Source: an uncultured virus (IMG/VR IMGVR_UViG_3300029305_012016)
Lineage: Duplodnaviria > Heunggongvirae > Uroviricota > Caudoviricetes
Virus record (IMG/VR): IMGVR_UViG_3300029305_012016
Strand: one strand, 5' to 3'
DNA length: 31,368 nucleotides
In this document: positions 7,629-15,715 of the stretch, one piece after another
How positions within the stretch are numbered: the first letter of the stretch is position 1
Layout of the letters: each line of letters starts with the position of its first letter
Translations under genes and position numbers: made by a program
Notes under the pieces: generated by a model
Seen by the model: only the letters and a program-made list of their open reading frames with translations
What the model was told of the DNA's origin: nothing
The model's database searches: none

Positions 7629-7856
7629 ATGAAAGTAAAAGTTGCAAAAAGAGAAATGGAGATATCCCAGGTTGATTTGGTTCACGCTCGTGCCGCCGTG
7701 AACTCCTTCGTTGAGGCTGCGAAAAACGGTAGCATGAAGGCGGGGAGACCGTCATTGTATCTCACCACTCTTCTTCTGATGTACAAAAAGGGAGCTGATC
7801 TACTTAATGCCATGGGGATTGACGAGGTTCAGCGGATTTTGTCCGAAATAAATTAA
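7629..7856 (+). CDS. Small helical hypothetical protein
   Basis: 75 aa, RBS GGAGG at 7616-7620, motif variant AATTCATGTATAAT at 7583-7596. Confidence 0.8.
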   Translation: MKVKVAKREMEISQVDLVHARAAVNSFVEAAKNGSMKAGRPSLYLTTLLLMYKKGADLLNAMGIDEVQRILSEIN

Positions 7857-7930
7857 AAAAATTTTTATCAAATCAGCAAAAACCACTCAAATTACCGAAA
7901 AAAGTTATATATGGACATCTCCTTTGAGAC

Positions 7931-7944
7931 TTTTCTTATATAAT
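7931..7944 (+). promoter_or_regulatory. Conserved promoter motif TTTTCTTATATAAT
   Basis: Exact copy, 43 bp upstream of ATG 7988. Confidence 0.8.
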
Positions 7945-7987
7945 TATAATATAAGACAAATAAATCTTCATTAAAGGAGGAGTTGAA

Positions 7988-8869
7988 ATGAGTTACACGA
8001 TTCATCAGTCACAGGCCCCCAGCGTCGAAAGAATTGGGCTCTCTCATTACCTTAAAGAATACGATGATATGATGTCTGACCGCCGCAAGACATTCTCTGC
8101 TTTTGCGGTCAATGAGGAAGAGGTAATTACTCTCTGCCGAAATCTCCTGAAGACTATTTTTCGAAAGTATATCGGTTGGACTCCGGAACAGATCCGCGAC
8201 TGTCTTACTCCCGACATCGTCGCAAAGTATAAGCTCAAAGTGTTAATTGACAGGCTGCCTTGTCCTCCCGAACTGGACCGCACAAAAGAACTTTGTTTTG
8301 TTGCATGGGACCTTTATCCCCGGACAAAGAATGTTTCTGATCTTGATCTTGTCCGTCATGTATATGACAAGGTTCTTGATGGCCGTTTGATTAAATTTCC
8401 GAAGGGCTACTTTGGAGATGCCGTTGGAGAAGAGAAGGCTATCGTTTTGTTCCAAATGATGATGGACAGATATCTATCCGGCACTTTTTGTACCATCGAG
8501 GAAGCCTATGACTTCTTTTCTTCGTCCAAAGCCAGAGCTTTTATCGACGAGCACAGACTCATTACTCCGCTCAAGGAACTCTTTTCTTGTCCCTTAGACT
8601 ATTTCCATGCATCTCTTGGCGACAGTCAGAGAAGCTCCGAACTTTACATGAAGTATGTTAGGCTACGTCGAGTAAACGGGGCTTTCGCAAAGGCGATTGA
8701 TCTGGAGGAAGGCGATGTAGATGCATCTCTTCTCCAAGAACTGTTGGACTTCGTCGGAGATGATCTATCCGGAAGAACAGGTCTAACGGAAGAAGAGGAA
8801 ATCTTTTTCTCTGACCCCGAGGTCATTGCTTTCACCGGGGAAGTAATCGACGAAATTGTTTTTAGCTAA
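7988..8869 (+). CDS. Hypothetical protein with DUF4046-like segment and acidic tail
   Basis: VYDKVLDGRLIKFPKGYF resembles the IY..ILDGK..rFP motif of DUF4046 as recalled; strong RBS AAGGAGG. Confidence 0.6.
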   Translation: MSYTIHQSQAPSVERIGLSHYLKEYDDMMSDRRKTFSAFAVNEEEVITLCRNLLKTIFRKYIGWTPEQIRDCLTPDIVAKYKLKVLIDRLPCPPELDRTKELCFVAWDLYPRTKNVSDLDLVRHVYDKVLDGRLIKFPKGYFGDAVGEEKAIVLFQMMMDRYLSGTFCTIEEAYDFFSSSKARAFIDEHRLITPLKELFSCPLDYFHASLGDSQRSSELYMKYVRLRRVNGAFAKAIDLEEGDVDASLLQELLDFVGDDLSGRTGLTEEEEIFFSDPEVIAFTGEVIDEIVFS

Positions 8870-8887
8870 AAAGAGAGGGATATATTT

Positions 8888-9655
8888 ATGGAAAGCAAAT
8901 ATACATACGGCGGAACATCGGATATCGGATATAACCGAAGTGTGAATGAAGATTATTTTTTGTTTCGTCCCCTAAGCGAGAGCGTACTGCTTGTCGCTCT
9001 TGCCGACGGCATGGGCAGTTTGCCCGGTGAACTTCAGCCAGCAGCCATTGTCTGCAACGAGGCTGCGGAAACGGTGCAGAGACTTTGGGACATGGACGAG
9101 ACATTATTTCTTGAAAACCCCGAAATTATGTTGAGAGAGGCACTGTACTCCGCAAACCGGGTCCTTGGAATGTTTAAGGTTGTTGACGAAGAGAAGTATG
9201 CGGGTTTTAATTCTACTGCAACGCTTCTTCTTGTCTACGAAAACACAAAAATTAGCTTTGCCCATGTTGGAAACTGTCGAATCAATCTTCTCCGTGCCAA
9301 AGACGGAGCAGTCACCCTTCGCCAGCTCACGACAGATCATACCCGAGCTATGTCCTTGTTTGAAGATGGGATTATTGACGCTGATGATGTGTCTACCCAC
9401 CCTGACCGAAGCATTCTTACAAGTTCTCTCGGACTTATCACAAATTTTCAGGCGCAATCTTTTTCTTGCAAGCTGAAAGATAAGGACATCCTTCTTTTGA
9501 CGACAGATGGGGTCCACTATGGCATTCGTCCTGATGCCATGGCAAACCTTGTATTGCAGTCTCACAATTGGAAGGAAGCAACGACTGCGCTAACGGAAGC
9601 TGCTAAGATGGAGAAGAACCCCGACAACGCATCTGCTGTGCTTGTTTTCCTTTGA
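8888..9655 (+). CDS. PP2C/PPM-family Ser/Thr phosphatase (atypical motif 5)
   Basis: SDIG.R..NED, ALADGMG, HVGNCR (canonical HVGDSR), LTTDH, LLTTDG, DNASAV. Confidence 0.9.
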   Translation: MESKYTYGGTSDIGYNRSVNEDYFLFRPLSESVLLVALADGMGSLPGELQPAAIVCNEAAETVQRLWDMDETLFLENPEIMLREALYSANRVLGMFKVVDEEKYAGFNSTATLLLVYENTKISFAHVGNCRINLLRAKDGAVTLRQLTTDHTRAMSLFEDGIIDADDVSTHPDRSILTSSLGLITNFQAQSFSCKLKDKDILLLTTDGVHYGIRPDAMANLVLQSHNWKEATTALTEAAKMEKNPDNASAVLVFL

Positions 9656-9662
9656 GAAAGCA

Positions 9663-9696
9663 AAAGCCGCCACCTTCGTCTGAAGTGTGGCGGTTT
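9663..9696. terminator. Probable bidirectional terminator between convergent genes
   Basis: AAGCCGCCAC-CTTC-gtct-GAAG-t-GTGGCGGTTT stem. Confidence 0.7.
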
Positions 9697-9709
9697 GCTA
9701 ATTCAGAAG

Positions 9710-9913
9710 TTACTCGTTATCGGATCGTACAGGCTGCGTTACTACCAAATCGTAGTCTCGACGGGGATGATGCTCCGGCCTGGTGTCACGGAAGCAATAG
9801 CTTTTCTTTGTCTTTCGACGCAGGGAGATATAGAACGAAGTGATACAAAAGGCGGTTATCGCCACAATCAGCCCAATGCCCAGGACTAAAAGGATAAAGA
9901 GAATTATCTTCAT
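9710..9913 (-). CDS. Small single-pass membrane protein
   Basis: Start moved to ATG 9913 (RBS AAGGAGGG); MKIILFILLVLGIGLIVAITAFCITSFYISL followed by a basic tail. Confidence 0.7.
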   Translation of the reverse strand: MKIILFILLVLGIGLIVAITAFCITSFYISLRRKTKKSYCFRDTRPEHHPRRDYDLVVTQPVRSDNE

Positions 9914-9926
9914 TTCGAATCCCTCC

Positions 9927-11234
9927 TTACTCAATTTTTTCGGTTGTAAAATCAGAGCTTGCGACATGGATATTGCCGTTCGCATCGATGAACTGAACGG
10001 AGTTCAACATACTGTCTGTAACATTTGCGGTAAAACCGTCGGCTACCAATTCAACCTCTTCTTCTGTCGGCCCGATATCATTACCGATGAAAGCTTCAAA
10101 AGAAGTTGAATGGTGATAGATAACAATACCGGAATAGATGTCACCTGTATCAAGAACCCAAAGCTCAGTTTTCGTGCCGCCAACCTTATTGTTTCGAATT
10201 ACATTATTGGTCTGCATGACTTTTACGGAATATGTGCCAGACTTTTGGAAGAGCATTCTGAGGTAGTTTTGTGAGGTGTAGGTGTCTACCGACTGGCCAT
10301 CTCCATTTACGATCCAATGGAAGCTCGGTAAGGGGGAGCTCGTTTTAATGGTTCTGATGCCGAAGGTTGCTATAGAGTAGACTTCCACTTTTTTTACAGG
10401 AATCGTGCTTGTGCCGTTGGTAATCATTTGGCTCAAATAGGGCAGTAGTGCTTGATAGAGTGCTTGACCGTTTGTGGGGAAACAGAGAGCGGTATCGGCT
10501 AACTGTTTCTCAAAGTAAGAGCCACCCATTATTGTATCCCACTGGGAAGGATTTGAATCTGTTTCGACAAGAGAATCAGCAAATATGAGATCAAAATAAC
10601 CTTCTAAGAATTTTTCCATTTGGTAATTCAGCAAATTCTGATACAAAGTTTTATCACTCAGGCTTCCGAGCGGACTGCCGCCTACAGTTAGGCCCGTGTT
10701 GTAGTTAGGGAGGTCGAAATCCAGTTCGGGATTATTGAGCGAATCATACAGTCCAAGGATATCTTCCAAAGGAGGAATGCTCATGTCGATGTCTTGAGAT
10801 AAAATAAATGTATTATCGTCGCGGATGTATTTGATGTCTTGACTTGTTGCTGACTGGGTGACTTCATCGATAATATCTGCTGTTTGGTCCATTGTGGCTT
10901 GATCCTCAAGTTCTTCCTGAGAGATCGTCGGTTCCGGGGGCGAAGGTTCTGTCGAGGGTGGGGTTCCTTCTGACGGAGAAGTTTCAGTAGTCGTTCCGTT
11001 GGAGTTCCCCCCACTAACCGGATCATCGCCTTCGATAGTGGTTTCGTGAGTAATGTCAGTATTCGAGTTGCCTTCGCCGCTGTAATGGTCGTTGTAGTCT
11101 GTGTCGGCAAACACATAAATAGGGTCGTCGCTTTGCACTTCTCTTTCTTCGCTTTCAGCATACACAGAGGTAATACCACACCCTAAAAGAAGAGCGGTAG
11201 AAACGATCCAAGCTGTCATTTTTCGCACAATCAT
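9927..11234 (-). CDS. Secreted protein with signal peptide, acidic/Pro-Thr linker and PKD/Ig-like C-terminal region
   Basis: MIVRK...TSVYA/E signal peptide; PPSTEPSPPEP linker; FHWIV...FQKSGTYSVKV resembles a PKD strand motif. Confidence 0.75.
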   Translation of the reverse strand: MIVRKMTAWIVSTALLLGCGITSVYAESEEREVQSDDPIYVFADTDYNDHYSGEGNSNTDITHETTIEGDDPVSGGNSNGTTTETSPSEGTPPSTEPSPPEPTISQEELEDQATMDQTADIIDEVTQSATSQDIKYIRDDNTFILSQDIDMSIPPLEDILGLYDSLNNPELDFDLPNYNTGLTVGGSPLGSLSDKTLYQNLLNYQMEKFLEGYFDLIFADSLVETDSNPSQWDTIMGGSYFEKQLADTALCFPTNGQALYQALLPYLSQMITNGTSTIPVKKVEVYSIATFGIRTIKTSSPLPSFHWIVNGDGQSVDTYTSQNYLRMLFQKSGTYSVKVMQTNNVIRNNKVGGTKTELWVLDTGDIYSGIVIYHHSTSFEAFIGNDIGPTEEEVELVADGFTANVTDSMLNSVQFIDANGNIHVASSDFTTEKIE

Positions 11235-11270
11235 ATAAATTTCCCCTTTCGTTTAATTGGCATATATGAT

Positions 11271-11284
11271 ATTATATAAGAAAA
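11271..11284 (-). promoter_or_regulatory. Conserved promoter motif TTTTCTTATATAAT
   Basis: Exact copy on the minus strand upstream of ATG 11234. Confidence 0.8.
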
Positions 11285-11308
11285 CAAAAAGAAAAAAGGA
11301 GGATTCCC

Positions 11309-12028
11309 ATGAAGAAGATATTTGTATGGCTCTTAATTGTTACAATTTTAGCATCCTCGTTACTTACCGGCTGCCGAAAAGAGGAAGAAATGCCGGAGTT
11401 TATCGAAACTGAGCCTTCCGAGACACAGGAGAAAGAGTCAACTCCCACTAAGCCGACAGAAATCCAAACCATTCCCACTATTGAGACACAGCCTCAACCT
11501 ACGGATGCCGAAGACCTCGCAGATAAATATCCGAATAAATACGGAGCTGCTCTGCCGGAAATTCCGACTCAGGTGACATACGAGACGGGGGCTACAATTC
11601 AGCTTTCCGATGAAGATTTGGCTATCTTCGAACACTATAGCGAAGCATATTGCTGCCTTGTAGGTAATAACGGAAGCCCTGACTATGATCCTTCGGATTT
11701 GCCCTTTTTGAGATGCATTACGGCGGAAGAAATCATTAAGTCAAATACAGAGCGAGGAGATAAAACAACTATCACGCATTGCCAGTTGCTTTCAGCATGG
11801 GTTAAGGCGGATGGTTCTGTTGAAGTCGGCGTTTTAGTTGAAAACTACGGTTATATCCTTGAAACAGGAATCAATACCTATTGGGGTCTCAAAAAAATTC
11901 AATTTGAAAAGGAGTCTGATGGGTGGGTTATCACCGATGCTTACACGGCAAAAAGATGGATAAAAGGGACAGTAGATATCTTTTATGATGCTGAGCAAGG
12001 GAAAATCGTTGTGCAGGATACGGAGTAA
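11309..12028 (+). CDS. Lipoprotein, possible NTF2-like C-terminal domain
   Basis: Lipobox LLTG-C, Pro/Thr/Glu linker, terminal IQFEKESDGWVITD strand pattern; RBS AAGGAGG. Confidence 0.8.
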   Translation: MKKIFVWLLIVTILASSLLTGCRKEEEMPEFIETEPSETQEKESTPTKPTEIQTIPTIETQPQPTDAEDLADKYPNKYGAALPEIPTQVTYETGATIQLSDEDLAIFEHYSEAYCCLVGNNGSPDYDPSDLPFLRCITAEEIIKSNTERGDKTTITHCQLLSAWVKADGSVEVGVLVENYGYILETGINTYWGLKKIQFEKESDGWVITDAYTAKRWIKGTVDIFYDAEQGKIVVQDTE

Positions 12029-12056
12029 ACAAGAAGCATACGCGCTAATAACAAAA

Positions 12057-12093
12057 CTGGGGTTCAGACCGACAAGTCTGACCCCAGCTTTTT
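12057..12093 (+). terminator. Intrinsic terminator (likely bidirectional)
   Basis: CTGGGGT-t-CAGAC-cgacaa-GTCTG-ACCCCAG followed by CTTTTT. Confidence 0.75.
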
Positions 12094-12154
12094 GATTTTT
12101 GATTGTTTATCTATGTGTATTGTTTATGTATGGTCTGAGTGCTTTTATTCCTCT

Positions 12155-13150
12155 TTACTTTCCGTGCATTTTCATGACCTTTGCAGTAAGCTCCCCGAAA
12201 CGCTCCATGATTGTAATTTCGTCCATAGGGTTGCTTGCGGGGTCAAGAAGTTCCTCGAACATCTTGCGGCAAAGATTTTGAGCAGCAACTCTATTGTTGT
12301 CCTCAGGCATTTTATTGTGAACTCCATCGTCTGTGGTCAGATCGGTTTCACAGGAGCCAACCGGAGTGGCAGCAACACGCAGGATTTTTGCTTCGGGATG
12401 CTCGTTCAATATTTTCTGGAGCTGTTCGGGAATCCAATCCCCCTCTGTCTGCCGGAATTCATCAAGAGTGATCTCGCTGATGTCGAGTTCGATGCCCGTT
12501 ACATCATCGTCAAAGAATACGTCTCCTTCTTCGAGCCGGCCACAGGTGAAGTGTTTGCGGCACAGGGGGCGGTATTGGTCTTTTCCGATAACGACTTGCT
12601 CGCCGTTACGAATGATGCCGTTTTCATCAAAGCGAGCATTCATAATAGCCTTGCGACCACACCAGCAAGTGTGCTTCACTTCTTCTATTTTATCGGCGAT
12701 CTCCATGAGTCGTTTGGATCCTTCGAATAAGTGACCGGTGAAGTCGGTGCGAAGGCCGTACGCCATTACCGGGACATCAAAGCGATCTACAATGCTCGCC
12801 AACTGATCAATTTGTTCCGGGGTAAAGAACTGTGCTTCATCGACAATGATTACATCGATGCGTCCGTCTTTACGGGGAAGGGGATGGTTGGGGTGTTCCG
12901 CAAAGAATGCCTTGGGATCCACCATGTAACGTCCGATCAGCTCAAACAGATTGACATCTGCGGGAATGCAGAGGCAGGGAGCTTCCAGTCCGGAGCGAGA
13001 ACGAACCACGCCATCACCGTCTCTCGTATCAGCGGAGGGCTTGATCAAGAGCGAATTTTTCATGTTCTCATGGTATCCGAAATTTACCATGAGTGCGTTA
13101 GCAGTCTTCGAACTGCCCATTGTGCCGTGCTTGAAAAACAATTTTGCCAT
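12155..13150 (-). CDS. tdk: Thymidine kinase with long C-terminal extension
   Basis: Start ATG 13150 (RBS GGAGG); GTMGSSKT, DTRDG, IIVDEAQF, YGLRTDF, FEGS, CWCG...PLCRKH. Confidence 0.93.
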   Translation of the reverse strand: MAKLFFKHGTMGSSKTANALMVNFGYHENMKNSLLIKPSADTRDGDGVVRSRSGLEAPCLCIPADVNLFELIGRYMVDPKAFFAEHPNHPLPRKDGRIDVIIVDEAQFFTPEQIDQLASIVDRFDVPVMAYGLRTDFTGHLFEGSKRLMEIADKIEEVKHTCWCGRKAIMNARFDENGIIRNGEQVVIGKDQYRPLCRKHFTCGRLEEGDVFFDDDVTGIELDISEITLDEFRQTEGDWIPEQLQKILNEHPEAKILRVAATPVGSCETDLTTDDGVHNKMPEDNNRVAAQNLCRKMFEELLDPASNPMDEITIMERFGELTAKVMKMHGK

Positions 13151-13207
13151 TTTTATTCCTCCTTTAATTTTTGTCTCCAAACATCATGTATTTGCGAGGG
13201 TAATATT

Positions 13208-13221
13208 ATTATATAAGAAAA
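13208..13221 (-). promoter_or_regulatory. Conserved promoter motif TTTTCTTATATAAT
   Basis: Exact copy upstream of tdk. Confidence 0.8.
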
Positions 13222-13258
13222 GAGACCGCAATAAAATATATGTATATATGCATTATGT

Positions 13259-13295
13259 TTAGTCAAATACGATTTGCCAAATCGTACATGACTAA
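13259..13295. promoter_or_regulatory. Long imperfect palindrome (operator-like) upstream of the ATPase remnant
   Basis: TTAGTCA-aa-TACGATTTG-c-CAAATCGTA-ca-TGACTAA. Confidence 0.6.
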
Positions 13296-13344
13296 TTTCA
13301 AAGAGCATGGTACACTATATCCATCCAGAAATTGAGGGGGCAAT

Positions 13345-13518
13345 ATGTTCATTGGTCGAGTGCGAGAGCTGAACGCTCTGGAGAAGCTATACAAATCAAA
13401 TCAGTTTGAATTTGCGGTCATTTACGGTCGCAGCCGTGTGGGTAAAACAGCATTGATCAGTCAATTTATCGGCGAGGAAAAGGTGATCTGCTTTATGGGC
13501 GTTGACTATAGTAAGTAA
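13345..13518 (+). pseudogene. N-terminal remnant (57 aa) of an archaeal-type AAA ATPase (ATPase_2/DUF234 family)
   Basis: Not in the ORF track. MFIGRVRELNALEKLYKSNQFEFAVIYGRSRVGKTALISQFI matches the FIGRE.EL...YGRRRVGKT.L family start; truncated where it meets the convergent helicase 3' end. Confidence 0.85.
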
Positions 13519-15647
13519 AGAATTTTATTCTCGATGCAAGTCTTGAGGTCGAGCATTTTTTCTTCTTTTCCTCGTGTAAACACAATAGTCGCAATGCCAT
13601 TTTTTTCAACAGATTTAATGATGCCCTGCCCGAAATCTCTGTGCTCGATTCTTGCTCCTTGCTCAAACGCAGAGATATCCGGTTCCAAAACCCTCTTGAG
13701 TTTTCTGAGAACCTTGTCCGACAGACCCAAGGATAAGAGTGGATCCCTTTTTTGCTCTCGAACGCCGAGTGAAAACTCCTTAATGTAATCGGAGGGTTCA
13801 TATGTTTGATAATAATTGCCTTTGCTAATCAAGAAGGTAAGCTTTTCTTTTGCACGCGTTGCTCCAACATAGAAAAGTCTTGTGTCTTCTTCATAGAGTT
13901 CATCGTCTTCTTTGCTATCAGAAGAAGGAAGGATCCCATCGTGGATATCAATCATAATGACATGGTCGAATTCAAGACCTTTGCTGGAATGAATTGTGCT
14001 TAGGGTGACTACGGAATTGTAGTTAGGTTTTGCCGTAGTGATTCGAATAATTGAGTTCTGGAACTCTTCGAAGGTTTTGCAATTCACAGCAATCAAGGCA
14101 AGGGTATTTGCCTTCGAATATACACTACCACCATCATCACTGCTCGCCTTGGCAGTAGAAGCATATCCAATATCGTCCATAATCATATCTATGACCGCTT
14201 TCGGTCTTTTTGTGGCGTATGCCTTGAAAACGAAATTTATGTGCCGACGATCTAAGATATTCTGAGCGTTGCGGTCAACAGCAATCAAAGCGTCCATCGC
14301 GGTTGCTTTCGGATTTTGCTTCATATAGCATTCGATATGAGGAAGGGAAGTCTTCTTAATAAACAGCCCAAGACGATAGTAGATTTTTTTGAACAATTGA
14401 AAGTTCTTTTGGTCATAGGTGTAGGCCATAATGTTTCTGATGTCTTGAACAATCCAGTGAGAGAAAAACGACTCCATTTCATCTCGGAAGCGAACGGATA
14501 TCCCGTCTCGGAGGAGCAGATTAAGCAGCGGGATCGCGGATTCGTTATTTCTATAAAGGATAGCCAAGGTTTTATTGCGATTGACGGTAGTCTTCTTTAC
14601 TGCATCAAGAAGATACTCGTATTGAGAATCATCGGTCATGCGATATACGGTTTCCACAACACCTTCGGAGTCTTTGAAAGGCACCATCTCTTTTTTGTAC
14701 CTTGCTTTGTTCTGTTTGATGAAGGAGTTTGCGGCGGTTACAATCCTTGTTGCACTGCGGTAGTTTGTTCCCATGGTCAGAATTTTTGCGCCGGGATAAG
14801 TTTGAGAAAAATTGAGCAGTTCAGAAGGGCAGGCCGCACGAAATCCATAAATACTTTGATCATCGTCTCCCACCATAAAGATATTCTTGTATCGGGAGGC
14901 TAAAAGCTGAATAATTTTGTGTTGGATCAAAGAAGTGTCTTGAGATTCGTCGATGCAAATATATCTGAATTGCTCTTGAAAGATACCGAGGATGTTATTG
15001 TGATTGTCACACAATAGCTGATAAGCGATGCCGAGCTGATCATCGAAGTCCATCCAATTATGTTCTTGCATGTATTGCAAATACTTATAATAGAAATCTT
15101 TGACCGGTATACCCTCCACAGCCTTGTCTTCAAACTCTTCGGGTCGTAACATTTTGTTTTTGATGTACCCGATCTCCCTTACGAATGACTTTATGGTGGT
15201 TTCCTGCGGATACAGCCCATAGCTTTGGATGTAGATATCTCGAACAGCGACTTCGTTCTTGGGTTGAAGCATAGGCACACGGACGCCCATATGTTCTACG
15301 GCATACCGAATAACTTTCACGCAAAAGCTGTGGATGGTAGAAAAATGAGGAATGACATCGTCCTCACATTGGAACTTATTCGCAAATCTAACCTTCATTT
15401 CCTTTGCTGCAGCCGTAGTGTAGGTTAGGCAAAGAATCTTTTTGGGAGAAATACCTTTTGCCAAAGTCATATATCCGGTTCGAGCAACAATAACTGTGGT
15501 TTTTCCGCTCCCGGGAACAGCCAAAAGCAAGACTGGACCATCGACGGTTTTGACAGCTTCTTTTTGCTGCGGATTAAGAGATGTATACTTGTATCGCTCA
15601 AAAAAGTCTTCGAGCGAGGCATTGGGGGGTGAATTTTCAAATTCCAT
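13506..15647 (-). CDS. PcrA/UvrD-family SF1 DNA helicase
   Basis: Start ATG 15647 (RBS GGAGGA); AVPGSGKT, IDESQD, VGDDDQSIYGFR, NYRS, TIHSSKGLEF, RLFYVGATRAK; C-terminal GARIEHRDFGQGII Tudor-like domain. Confidence 0.95.
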   Translation of the reverse strand: MEFENSPPNASLEDFFERYKYTSLNPQQKEAVKTVDGPVLLLAVPGSGKTTVIVARTGYMTLAKGISPKKILCLTYTTAAAKEMKVRFANKFQCEDDVIPHFSTIHSFCVKVIRYAVEHMGVRVPMLQPKNEVAVRDIYIQSYGLYPQETTIKSFVREIGYIKNKMLRPEEFEDKAVEGIPVKDFYYKYLQYMQEHNWMDFDDQLGIAYQLLCDNHNNILGIFQEQFRYICIDESQDTSLIQHKIIQLLASRYKNIFMVGDDDQSIYGFRAACPSELLNFSQTYPGAKILTMGTNYRSATRIVTAANSFIKQNKARYKKEMVPFKDSEGVVETVYRMTDDSQYEYLLDAVKKTTVNRNKTLAILYRNNESAIPLLNLLLRDGISVRFRDEMESFFSHWIVQDIRNIMAYTYDQKNFQLFKKIYYRLGLFIKKTSLPHIECYMKQNPKATAMDALIAVDRNAQNILDRRHINFVFKAYATKRPKAVIDMIMDDIGYASTAKASSDDGGSVYSKANTLALIAVNCKTFEEFQNSIIRITTAKPNYNSVVTLSTIHSSKGLEFDHVIMIDIHDGILPSSDSKEDDELYEEDTRLFYVGATRAKEKLTFLISKGNYYQTYEPSDYIKEFSLGVREQKRDPLLSLGLSDKVLRKLKRVLEPDISAFEQGARIEHRDFGQGIIKSVEKNGIATIVFTRGKEEKMLDLKTCIENKILYLL

Positions 15648-15692
15648 GAATTTATCCTCCAAAAAATGAGGTATATGAACGCAATGAGTGAG

Positions 15693-15715
15693 TAAGGGCG
15701 AGATACTCGCCCTTA
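15693..15715. other. Perfect 10-bp hairpin overlapping the topB stop codon
   Basis: TAAGGGCGAG-ata-CTCGCCCTTA with no U-tract on the minus strand, so read-through or processing is more likely than termination. Confidence 0.55.

Noticed and set aside
6328..7755. ORF-track ORFs across the non-coding region (e.g. 7093..7755 -, 6430..6672 +)
   Set aside because: Low-complexity F/K/I-rich translations, no good RBS, overlap with repeats.
13432..13441. AGCCGTGTGG matches the start of the 6141/6535 repeat
   Set aside because: Only 10 bp and explained by Walker A codons of the ATPase remnant.
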